Source: Selaginella moellendorffii
Lineage: Eukaryota; Plantae; Lycopodiophyta
Assembly: GCF_000143415.4 (NCBI RefSeq)
Contig: NW_003314409.1
Coordinates: 1 to 64,000, forward strand
DNA: 64,000 nt
Direction of reading: 5' to 3'
The position numbers and the translations under genes are program-made. Under the pieces are notes generated by a model that was not told the DNA's origin, ran no database searches, and saw only the letters and a program-made list of their open reading frames with translations. Positions 1 through 10,598 of this stretch are shown in pieces (the stretch's first letter is position 1; each line of letters opens with the position of its first letter).

Positions 1-1692
1 CTTAAATTCCTTAATTCAATTTTGAAATTTCAATTTCAAATTCAAATGTTTAGAATTATATCCCGGCAAATTTCAAAGCAAACACGAACGCCACTGGCAA
101 AGACAGAGGGAAAACGTGAGGTTCTCTCTAACCTCTTTCGCATCCTCTGGACTGTGCAACTCCTCACGAGGCTCCCCTTCCGCTTGCTCGGGATCACCGT
201 AATCAACAAAGAGGTCCTGGGCCTTGAGCCTTTTCACCTCTTTCCTCCAAGCTTGGATCTCCGCCTGAAGATCAGTCTCCCCAACATCAATCAAGAAATT
301 GTGCAAGATGCAACAACTCTTGATGATGTTGGGAAGGTACTTTGACTGGATCCTTTGTTTTTTGAACTTCATTTTAAGAAGTCCAAATGCTTGCTCAATA
401 ACAATCCGAGCAAGGTGGTGATGAAGGTTGAAAGCTGCCTTGGATGGTGTTAGGTTCGGAGCTGAGCAACAACCAAAACAAGTGAACCAAAGAAAGTAGA
501 ATGAAGAAGACTTACATGTGTGTGGAATCATCAGATGCTGCTGGAGTTGGTACCCTTTGTCCCCCACTAGGTATGGCTTGATCCTATCATCATATGCTAA
601 CACCGTGGACGATGTCAGCAGCTCCCTTGCTACAATTTTTTTCCTGAGGGTTGAATTACGAAAAACCCTCATGTCGTGGACGCGTCCTGAAAGCAAAAAA
701 AACATTTTAGAACCATCCACAACACACAAAGAAACATACCTGGCCACCCAGCGTAGACACTGAGGAACTCTTCTGGGCATCACAAACCCCTTGCAAGATG
801 ACTGAGTACCGCTGCTTCCTGTCGTAGTAGCTCTCACTGTCCAGTCTAGTAGGTCGGATGATCTCGGAGTACAGTCAATCGCCCCAGCAACATTAGGCAG
901 TCTGGTTCCTATTGGTCATCAAAACTTATAACAATCCAAAAAACATAAGAAAATGTACCTGTCACTTGTCGAAAGCCAGCAGCAACAGCTCAAACCTCCT
1001 TGGCGGTTGAAGGAAAATGAATCTTGTACCTGAGGCACTTGACAATCACTGCAGTGGTGTCCATGACAATCTCATGAGCTGTGGACTTCCCAATGCTGAA
1101 CTTGTCTGCCAGATCCAAGTAATCTGTGTTCTTGAAAAGCTTGTACAAAGTCACCCCCAGTCGAACATCCACCGGCACCGCACTCCTCCAACCTTGCTTC
1201 CGGATCTCACTCTCCAGCATGCCACAAATGGTGAAGAAGGTCCTCTTCTCCATCTGAAGTTTCCTCTTCCACCTAGGTGGTGACATTTCGAGGCTTCACC
1301 CACCACAGGCCCCTCCCAATCACAGCCCAACGAACCTCAAGTTCACGGTCTTCTTCCTCAGGCAGCACTTGGAGACCGGGGCTCTTGTCATCCGCAATGT
1401 GCATGAAAGCTTGCATAGCAAGCAACAAAACCTAATTGAAGAAAAGTCGCCAAACCCTAACCTAAGAATCTTCTCGAATATTTCCGGAATAATTTTTAAC
1501 AACTTCCCTTAAAATAAAATGACCCCCACTTTAGATTTGGTCGGGGTTTTTGAAAATTACTTAAGAATTCTCTAAATTCGCTTTTTTTTTCGTGCAAATC
1601 CATAATTTTCCCATAAAAAATAAGGGTAAGTACATGACTTTAGCTTCAGTTATTGTGCAAATAAATTTTGAACTTTATGTGCGAATTGGTCC
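1..1692 (-). mobile_element. PIF/Harbinger DNA transposon copy 1 (left end outside window), degenerate DDE_Tnp_4-type nuclease gene with short introns
   Basis: Motifs YLVGDKGY, FNLHHHLARIVIEQAFGLLK, CCILHNF and FSIGKSTAHEIV. GT-AG introns at ~462-515, ~687-739 and ~910-958. TIR ATGTGCGAATTGGTCC ends at 1692. Colinear with 39125-40731. Confidence 0.85.
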
Positions 1693-2818
1693 AGAGCTAA
1701 ACTCTTATAAACATCTCTAATCATACTCATTTAATTAACCACCAATGAACGGCCAAGATATCTTTACCAGCACTCCCCCACTATTTTTCTTTCGAAAATA
1801 AAAAACTAAAAGCAAAGAAGATATTATCAAACACTATTTTTTCAATGTTTGTTTTTTCTTATTTTCTACTACTAATTAACTTAAAAAATATTTGGAGCTG
1901 GAAGAATTGAATCCAACTTAATTTCAGCAAACTGATGAGGATGGACAATTTTTATTTTCATTTCTTTTGCACTTCTTAATTTACATTTCTTAATTTGTTT
2001 CTACTCTTCTTATACACACTTCTTCGGTGTATTTGGCCCATTATATTTAGCTGAAACACATGTACATGTACACTAGTACACTACGTACTAAGCCTATGAT
2101 ACACAACTCCTCCCGAGGAGCCCCGGCTCATCGGTGTGTCCAGAAACGCATACTGCTTCTCGAGAGCTGTTTGTTGCTAATTCTCAACGATTTGTGCATC
2201 TGCTGGTTGTGATACACACACACATGCTGTGTAGGGCTAGCTCCATCCACAAGAGAGTCTTGAGGTTGGGCACCAGAGGCTGGAAGAAGTCGTCACAGGA
2301 GAGAGCAAGCAGGTCACCACTCACGACAAGCTCAAAATATCTGGAAGGAAGACGTCACCGAGGAACTGGTGAGTACGTCGCAAGAAAAAAATGCTGCCAT
2401 CACCAGCTTCCACACGTCTTCAATGTGCTCTAGGAGCACAAACCCAAAGTTGGTCATGCCGCAAGCCGCCATCACCTTGCTTCCGGAACATGAGGCGGTA
2501 CTTGCTATCAGCAAAGAGTTTGGGTACTGGGAAGTCTTCATACTAAGGCTTATTATCTGAATCTGGGCGATCTGTTTGGGGCACCTGTTGGCAGGTTTAG
2601 TCAGCATTCCCCGATTCTGCTACCAAAAAGAAATTTAAATTTAAGACAACATGTCATCCTCCTTTTGCATAGTTTTAACTTTTAAATGTTAATTTTTTCT
2701 CCGTGAAGTTCAGGTTGGTACTTTGACGAGGCATGCTCACTCAGTGGCCCATGTTTCTGCTTGACTCATGGAGGGTTTAAAACCAGGGATAACTGCAAGA
2801 AAGAGCACTGACATGTTT

Positions 2819-5800
2819 TCAAAAGTAGTTGTCACAGGAACATCTGCCATCCTGGAACACATGAACCCGACTGGCATCTTTGCAGATGATTAGCCTTTTT
2901 TCCAGCTTAGAGATGAGAGCAGTGGCCGCATGGCAATCGTCACAAACTCGGAGATTTTTCACAATTCTGATGGTCTCCTTCTGGTGCGAGTTCACCAGAG
3001 CACACCCCAGCGCAAGCTTCTCACTGTGGCCGCACAGGTGATCCTCTTTCTCTTCCACGTTGATCACATCGCTCGTGTACCCCTCCTCTTTCATTCTCAG
3101 CAACAATTGCTTGAGCTTGGCCGCAATCTCGTCGCTCTGTGAGTGACTCCTATCCCCAACAGAAAAAGAATGCACTTTTCCTGAGCTAACATCCGTCCAC
3201 CAGCTTCTCCCGGGCTCCCTGGAGCTGCCTTCACCTCTCATTCTCTCCACAACAGCGGCCCTTTCACTGAGCATCCCCAGGTTTCCAAATATATTGGCCA
3301 TCAATGCGTAGGGCGTGCCGCTCTTGGGATCCATCTCCACAAGACGCTCAAACGCGAGTTTGCCGATCGTGTAATTCTTCCACTTCCGGCAGGCTCCGAG
3401 CAGGGACGTCCAAACCACTGCATCCGGTTCAAAAGGCATGGCTCTGAGAACTCTCACAGCTTCGTCAAGGAGGTTAGCTCGCCCGAGCATATCGATCAGG
3501 CACACATAATGCTCCAGACGTGGCTTGACTCCATACTGCTTGGGCATTTCATCCAGAAGCTGCCTTCCTTTCCCGACCAGACCACCATGGCTGCAAGCGT
3601 TCAACACCGAGACAAAACTCACATCGTCAGCTTTACAGCCCTCCTCCTGAGTCATGGAATAGAAACGCTCCAAGGCCTCGATCGATCGGCCCTGGAGAGT
3701 GTAAGCCTGTATGAGAGAGTTCCAGAGACCCGTGTCGTCCCGAGCTCGGCACTCGTCAAACGCTTCCTGAGCAGAATCAACATCGCCGCATTTGCCGTAG
3801 AAGCTCACCAGGCTGGAGCCCAGAACTGGATTGTTTTTCAGCAGCCCTTTATGCTTCGCCAGCTGGTGAATCTCCCTCCCGAGCTTGATCGCCATCACAC
3901 TCCCGCAAGCAACAAGGACGCAGGTGTAGGTGCAAGCATCAGCTTGAATGGTGTTATCAGCTCTCAGGGCACAGTAGTACTCCAGAGCAAGTTCAGCTCG
4001 CCCGTTCGTGTTGCAGCCCTGGATGATCGCGGTGTAGGACACAACACTCCGAGTTCCCATAGAGTGGAAAATCTTGCGAGCCTCCTCAAGCTCGCCACAC
4101 TTGCAGTACATGTCTACCAGGCAAGTCGCCATGTACAGACCTAGATGTTTCTTCTCCTTGCTCAGTACTGAATGGACTTCCATCCCGATGCGTAGAGCTC
4201 TCTCCCTCTTCTCGCTGGATTCGGTAGCAAGTGTGGAGCAGGCGCTGATCACCGCGACATGTGTCCGATTGTCGGGTTGAATGGTGTTATCAGCTCTCAG
4301 GGCAGAGTAGTACTCCAGAGCAACTTCAGCTTGCCCGTTCGAGCCGCAGCCCTGGATGATCGCGTTGTAGGACACAACACTCCGAGTTCCCATGGAGTGG
4401 AAAATCTTGCGAGCCTCCTCAAGCTCGCCACACTTGCAGTACATGTCTACCAGGCAAGTAGCCACGAACAGATCTACCTGTTTCTTCTCCTTGCTCAGCA
4501 TTGAATGGATCTCCATCCCGATGCGTAGAGCTCTCTCCCTCTTCTCGCTGGATTCGGTAGCAAGTCTGGAGCAGGCGCTGATCACCGCGACATGAGTCCG
4601 ATCGTTGGGTTGAATGGTGGTACAAGCTCTCAGGGCGGAGTAGTACTCCAGAGCAAGTTCAGCTTGCCCGTTCAAGCCGCAGCCGTGGATGATCGCAGTG
4701 TAGGACACAACACTCCGAGTTCCCATGGAGTGGAAAATCTTGCGAGCCTCCTCAAGCTTGCCACACTTGCAGTACATGTCTACCAGGCAATTCGCCACGA
4801 ACAGATCTACCTGTTTCTTCTCCTTGCTCAGCATTGAATGGATCTCCATCCCGACGCGTAGAGCTCTCTCCCTCTTCTCGCTGGATTCGGTAGCAAGTGT
4901 GGAGCAGGCGCTGATCACCACAACATGAGTCCGATCGTCGGGTTGAATGGTGTTATCAGCTCTCAGGGCAGAGTAGTATTCCAGAGCAAGTTCAGCTTGC
5001 CCGTTCGAGTTGCAGCCGTTGATGATCGCAGTGTAGGACACAACACTCCGAGTTCCCATGGAGTGGAAAATCTTGCGAGCCTCCTCAAGCTCGCCACACT
5101 TGCAGTACATGTCTACCAGGCAAGTCGCCACGAACAGATCTAGCTGTTTCTTCTCCTTGCTCAGCATTGAATGGATCTCCATCCCGATGCGTAGAGCTCT
5201 CTCCCTCTTCTCGCTGGATTCGGTAGCAAGTCTGGAGCAGGCACTGATCACCGCGACATGTGTCCGATCGTCGGGTTGAATGGTGGTACAAGCTCTCAGG
5301 GCAGAGTAGTACTCCAGAGCAAGTTCAGCTTGCCCGTTCGAGCCGCAGCCCTGGATGATCGCGTTGTAGGACACAACACTCCGGGTTCCCATGGAGTCGA
5401 AAATCTTGCGAGCCTCCTCAAGCTCGCCACACTTGCAGTACATATCGATCAATCCCGTCAACAAGTAGATGTTGCTTTTGTGCTCATCACTCTTGAGCAC
5501 AGCTTGATGGGCTTGTTTTCCCAAAGAAAGGGATCTGCTCTCAGCTGAGTCTCTCACGCGGTGTACCAGCCTCCCTAAACTCACCCGTTCATCACCAGCT
5601 ACAGGTGGGGTATGTGGAGATTTGTAGCGGACCGTGGTGGCCTTACCTACAGCTGGGTCAGCGAGCGACTCGAGTTTTGCAGAGACCCAGGTTGGTGTTT
5701 CCCTGTTGGCGATCCACAGGCTCTCTCCGGTAGAAACATGTTTGAAATCCGGGTGAGAAGACCTTGTTTTTCTTCTTGAACCTGTTGTCCCACCAGAAAG

Positions 5801-5884
5801 TGGGATCCCTGAAAAACGATTTCCACTGCATGAGATTGTTGAGAAATGACACACACACCGCACAAACCCTAGCGCCGCACGCAT
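2819..5884 (-). CDS. PLS-class PPR protein with E1/E2 and DYW cytidine-deaminase domain (organellar C-to-U RNA-editing factor), 1021 aa, intronless
   Basis: P/L/S repeats, E1 (HYVCLIDMLGRAN), PG box PGRSWW, HSEKLA and CDDC zinc-binding motifs, C-terminus CSCDNYF. N-terminus resembles a transit peptide. Confidence 0.93.
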   Translation of the reverse strand: MRAALGFVRCVCHFSTISCSGNRFSGIPLSGGTTGSRRKTRSSHPDFKHVSTGESLWIANRETPTWVSAKLESLADPAVGKATTVRYKSPHTPPVAGDERVSLGRLVHRVRDSAESRSLSLGKQAHQAVLKSDEHKSNIYLLTGLIDMYCKCGELEEARKIFDSMGTRSVVSYNAIIQGCGSNGQAELALEYYSALRACTTIQPDDRTHVAVISACSRLATESSEKRERALRIGMEIHSMLSKEKKQLDLFVATCLVDMYCKCGELEEARKIFHSMGTRSVVSYTAIINGCNSNGQAELALEYYSALRADNTIQPDDRTHVVVISACSTLATESSEKRERALRVGMEIHSMLSKEKKQVDLFVANCLVDMYCKCGKLEEARKIFHSMGTRSVVSYTAIIHGCGLNGQAELALEYYSALRACTTIQPNDRTHVAVISACSRLATESSEKRERALRIGMEIHSMLSKEKKQVDLFVATCLVDMYCKCGELEEARKIFHSMGTRSVVSYNAIIQGCGSNGQAEVALEYYSALRADNTIQPDNRTHVAVISACSTLATESSEKRERALRIGMEVHSVLSKEKKHLGLYMATCLVDMYCKCGELEEARKIFHSMGTRSVVSYTAIIQGCNTNGRAELALEYYCALRADNTIQADACTYTCVLVACGSVMAIKLGREIHQLAKHKGLLKNNPVLGSSLVSFYGKCGDVDSAQEAFDECRARDDTGLWNSLIQAYTLQGRSIEALERFYSMTQEEGCKADDVSFVSVLNACSHGGLVGKGRQLLDEMPKQYGVKPRLEHYVCLIDMLGRANLLDEAVRVLRAMPFEPDAVVWTSLLGACRKWKNYTIGKLAFERLVEMDPKSGTPYALMANIFGNLGMLSERAAVVERMRGEGSSREPGRSWWTDVSSGKVHSFSVGDRSHSQSDEIAAKLKQLLLRMKEEGYTSDVINVEEKEDHLCGHSEKLALGCALVNSHQKETIRIVKNLRVCDDCHAATALISKLEKRLIICKDASRVHVFQDGRCSCDNYF
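3938..5470 (-). repeat. Intragenic tandem array of 333-bp (111-aa) S-P-L PPR triplets, 4.6 near-identical units
   Basis: DMYCKCG(E/K)LEEARKIF recurs five times at 333-bp period. Unit = S 31 aa + P 36 aa + L 44 aa. Confidence 0.95.
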
Positions 5885-6279
5885 ACCCTAGAAATCCCGA
5901 TTTGTTTCTCTGCTCTTGCATGCACTTAACTGTAGTAGTAAAAAGCTCGTGTTTTCTGTTTGTTCTTTTTCTAATTCTTTTCCTTTTTAAACTTTACAAT
6001 GTCACAGCTTAACTGCAGCAGCTTAGATGTTTATTTATTTATTATTATTATTGTTAAAAAAAAATCTCTTTGATTTATATAGAAAGTGAGCCAGTTGCTC
6101 AAGAGCTGAAGAATCAGTACATGCATAATTTTCAGACAATCTTCTAACTGGCTGAACATCAGGGTTTTATGATTATTATTATTATTACTAACAACACGCA
6201 CAAACATCCTAGAAATCCCGATTTGTTATTCTCTGCATTCATTTTTTATATGATCTGTTGCTGCATGCACTTAACTGTA

Positions 6280-7785
6280 GGTAGTCTTCAATTCTTCAAT
6301 ATAATCTGCTAACTAAAAGATATCGATACACTCAATACTCCAACTCGTTTGAGAATAATCCAAGGCCCACAGTACTGTGGCAACAATTTAGAACTACCTC
6401 CACCTTGAAGAGCTCACTGACCTTCAGACAACCGAAGGAAAACCTTGTCTCCAACCTGAAACTGCTTGTGCTGATGATGCTCATCAGCCAACTCCTTTGC
6501 CTGGTTCACCTTAAGAGAAGCCAAGTTCATACCAATAGGGGACCGAGGTTGAAAGCCATACATTGCCATAAATGGAGCCATCTCAATAGCCGAATGGAAG
6601 GCACAGTTATGGGCAAACTCTAACAAAGGCAAGTACTTCTCCCAAATACTCTTCAGATGATTAACAAACGATCTCAGCATGTCTTCCAGCACCTAATTAA
6701 CTCGTTTTGTTTGTCCATCTGACTATGGATGCTCATGCTCAGCTTTGTCTCAAGCTTCTGGAACACCGTTTGCCAAAACTCCAAAGTGAACGTGGGATCC
6801 TGATCACTTACAACATCCTTAGGCAGCCCATAGAGACAAACAGTTGAGCAAGGTCAAAAGCTTTAGCATTCATCTTCACAAGGAAAAAGTGAGCCAACAT
6901 CATCACACAATCCACAACAACCCAGATAGCATCATTGCTTTGAAGCGCCTACTATGAAACTCATAGAAAATGCCATCCCACTTCCACTGAGGTTACCTAT
7001 GGTAGAGACCTTCATGCTTCTCACAATCCATTGTGACTGCATGGCTGGTCCAACAACTGTGCACATATTTATCAGCACCTGATTTCATTCCAAGCCAAAA
7101 TAAATGCATCTCTACCAGAACACACGCCCTCGATGTCCTGCACTTGGTGCAACGGACACTCTTACAAAATCCACTGTAAAAGAACATCATCTCTAGGAAC
7201 CATAACCCAATTCCTCTTGACTAGGAAACCATCTCATACATTGAAGGGAGTTGAAGTAAGCCATGCTCTAGACTCAGATAGTCGTTGACTAGCTTGTTCC
7301 CCCTGCTGTGCATGGACTAGGAAACCATCTCATACATCGAAGGGAGTTGAAGTAAGCAAGCTCCTTAATTTCATCCAGCAAACCATTGGAGAGCTTCCCA
7401 AACGAGATAGAGTTCACCATCCTAGACAATGGAGAAACAACCACTTTTACTGTCTACTCCTTTCAGAAACAGGAAAATTGTCTTAAAGAGAAGTTGTAGA
7501 TCTTGGAAAACCTAGCAACTTTGCTTTAAACATCATCTGAGTAATCTGCGGTCAAAATTACCCTTTGACTTTTACTGGGAAATCGGTTTTCGTCACCTTA
7601 AACCCCTCTGGTGATTTGGAGTCTGCACATCCATTTCCTGCAAAAACTCTAGTCAATGAGCTAGCTGGCCTCAAAGCTCCATCTGGTGAGTGAAAAGAGT
7701 GACAAGTGGTAAAGTTATCCACATGAAAAATCCAAACTATACAGATAATGCCTCCACTCTTTGACCGCAACAACTACAACATACA
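6280..7785 (-). mobile_element. Decayed Ty3/gypsy integrase-region remnant; probably continues at 18881-19400 beyond the nested element
   Basis: Fragments LEDMLRSFV..WEKYLPLLEFAHN, FQVGDKVFLRL and LLPQYCGPW, with many stops and frameshifts. Confidence 0.7.
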
Positions 7786-7790
7786 ACTTC

Positions 7791-8194
7791 TAGAGAGGTA
7801 CATGCATTTTGCATCGTGATTTTTGCACAAATGCATTTCCTGAGTCAGGAATTGAGATCAGGATATCTCTTGGTCTAAATTCTTGACTTGGATGACTGGG
7901 CATGTAGTGGTTATATAGGCTGGTGATAGCATGCCAGACCTATCCCCTTTCTGTCTTTTTATATCCTTGGCCATAATAACATACACTCCACTTGCTCAAT
8001 ATCTACTCTTTTCTTCCATGCCTATCTTACTCACCGCCTTCTAGGGATCAAGGCTGTGAGATGTGCATTAATCTCAGCATCAACATCTTTGCAACAGCAT
8101 ATGGCTAAGTATTTCTTTCCTTTTTATGTTTGGATCTAGTTTAGATTAGAGAGGATTCACAAGATCATTGTAGAGGTGATTTTGTAGTTCTCCA
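7791..8194 (+). repeat. 5' LTR (TA...CA)
   Basis: Direct repeat of 18472-18875, flanked by TSD ACTTC. Confidence 0.92.
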
Positions 8195-8197
8195 CTT

Positions 8198-8214
8198 TGG
8201 CGACCACGGTGGGA
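8198..8214 (+). promoter_or_regulatory. Primer-binding site, probably tRNA-Arg
   Basis: TGGCGACCACGGTGGGA 3 nt after the LTR. Resembles the complement of a plant tRNA-Arg(UCG) 3' end (from memory). Confidence 0.7.
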
Positions 8215-8299
8215 TAGGCGAAGTGAAGAGCACCTAAAGAACAAATACTGGAAGCCTTAGCCACAACTAAAAGAACAAGTCGAAGTCAAGAATCAAGGG

Positions 8300-10268
8300 A
8301 AAAGTAAAAAAGAAACAAAAAGAAGAAAATCGACAAAAATCTACAGCAAGAAGCATGGCAAACATGCTAGAGACCAAGCGCTTGAAGACTACAATCATCT
8401 AGTGATCGCCCACTTCTCAGAAAGTCCAAGCATCCTCCATAACCGTCTCTTGGCGAGAGGTTGACGACGAAGAATATTCTGCACATCAGAATATTTGAAG
8501 AATCTCCAACAAGAAATCAGAGCAAGCAAGTGTTAACGAGCATGAAAACATAAAGAATACTTGAAGATTGAAGCCACCCAAGTCGCAGAAAACTTGGGGT
8601 GTGAGCGTAATCACTTTTAGTGAGAGGTTGAAGAAAACGAATATATCAAGAATCTGCAACAAAAAAACGACCAAAGAAAAATTCTAGCGGCTGGCGATGG
8701 AGGAAGAATGAAAAAGCACGGCTGCCCATTTGGAGATATAAGCTGTACAAGATACGAGGATTGTCTTTTGTGTGGTTTCAAAAATTGTGCAAAACCATAC
8801 AAGCAATGCTATCCAAAATGGCGATGCAATACTTGCAAGCAAGCGAAAGAAAAACTCCGAATCAGGGATGAAAGTGCTATAGTAGAAGAGAGAAAGAAAC
8901 AGGAAGAAATAGCCCAAGAAGACGGACACTAAAAAGAGTAACTATAGTTTAGAAAAAGAAGAGAAACAAAGCTTTGGTTGCTTTCAAAAACTTCAAGAAA
9001 CACTTTTGGGACTCTTTTACAAATTGTCTAGCAAATAGGAAGAATGCGAAAATGAGGAAATGTTGAAAGAAAAACATGTTTACTTCGATTTCTTTGCAAC
9101 TCGAAGAACCCTGACTTGGGTGTATCGTGGACACATCTTTCAACAGATAATTATCGAATTCCTAGGCATACATAAACGTGAAACTTTTCAATCATTAACG
9201 CTTGTTTTCAACACTGATTTGACGAGAGTTATAGCAGCAACAGAGTGTGGAACCATTGAACCACAAGTTCGTTGGTTTGTTGACACACTTAGATTTAGGG
9301 ATTTTGAAGAGAATGCAAAATTACTTTATCGACTTCTTCAAAGTCCTCTGGGTGTAACTCTACCAACAAGCACCCTTAACGAACTATACACTATAGCATA
9401 TTGGCATCGTTTAGGACGGACAAGAATAGCTGGAGAATTAAGGAATCAAGAACAAGTCAATCAACAAATTCGAATTGAGAATTTGAGTTCAAGAAACCGA
9501 CGGGAACCTGAACTTGTGACAAGTTCAAGGGGACATCTTGGAAGCTCAAGGATTACGAATCGAAGGAGGAGAAATTTAAGACAGAATCACAATGGGCCAA
9601 GATTAAATACAGTAACAAATTTCAACTTTGACACTGAGGTTCAACATCGAAATCCCAGCTTAGAAATATACACCACTCGCAACCAACAAGGAAGAGTGCG
9701 TCCAAGAAATTTTAAGGAGTATTTTAGGAGATCCTGTGTCACGATTACAAACTTACAAAGCAAGAATATTAATTGAGACTATACCTTGGGAAGTTCGTGA
9801 AGCGATTGACTCTGATCGTGGAAGAGGATGTGCTATACGACAAAGGGAAGTAGAACAAGATCAGCAAGAACAGCCTCAGGGAAATACACCACCACGAAAT
9901 CAACCATAGAGAAAAGCGCATTGGATAGATTTGCGCACACATAGGCTTACAGCAACAAGAATTGTTTAGAATCCATACTTTGACATGTGGACGTCACTTA
10001 AGACATGGAACATACAAGAATTAGGACATTAAAAATACAACCACTGCTGTATTCAACATCTTTAGATCTTACCAACAACTGGGAAACACAACAGCTCGTA
10101 GTGAGAGCTCGCATACAAAAACAACCAATACACTATAAGAGATTAAAACAACTATTCAAGATTGGACTACTAGAGAGAATTGCAATCATTTACATACTTG
10201 CTCGATCCCAAAGTTGGCGAGCAGTATCCAAAATTTACCAGCGAACAGCTAAATCAATCAATTTATGA
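8300..10268 (+). pseudogene. Extra ORF region 5' of gag, including a Cys-rich segment
   Basis: Broken ORFs 8708-8932 (CPFGDISC..CLLCGFKNC..C..CNTC), 9060-9776 and 10005-10268 between the PBS and gag. Confidence 0.5.
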
Positions 10269-10598
10269 CAAAACAGACCTCCTTCCAACAAACAAAATAG
10301 TGCATACTTACACCATCTGATTTTTCAAATACAAGACCTTTCCTAAGCTAGACTCAGGAAAGTGACCTCGAGAAGAAACTCCGGAAGAATCGAGAAAGAA
10401 AATCTCGATTGAAGACTCAAGACACAAGAGCTTGACTTCGCATTTATACTATAAGATCAGAACTTGCAATAGACTCAAGATGTAAGAGCTTGACTTTGCA
10501 ATCTATGAAGAACAACAATTGACTTAAGACAAATTAGGCAAAACACAAATTCAGGAAACTTTCCTCGACATTCAAGTTGAGAAGACTTAGCAAACTGA

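Noticed and set aside
2134-2607. Short ORFs downstream of the PPR gene
   Set aside because: No recognisable domain or consistent gene structure.
3509-5548. Repeating plus-strand ORFs
   Set aside because: Antisense shadows of the 333-bp PPR repeats.
7219-7357. 43-bp direct repeat pair
   Set aside because: Ordinary local duplication within a decayed retroelement.
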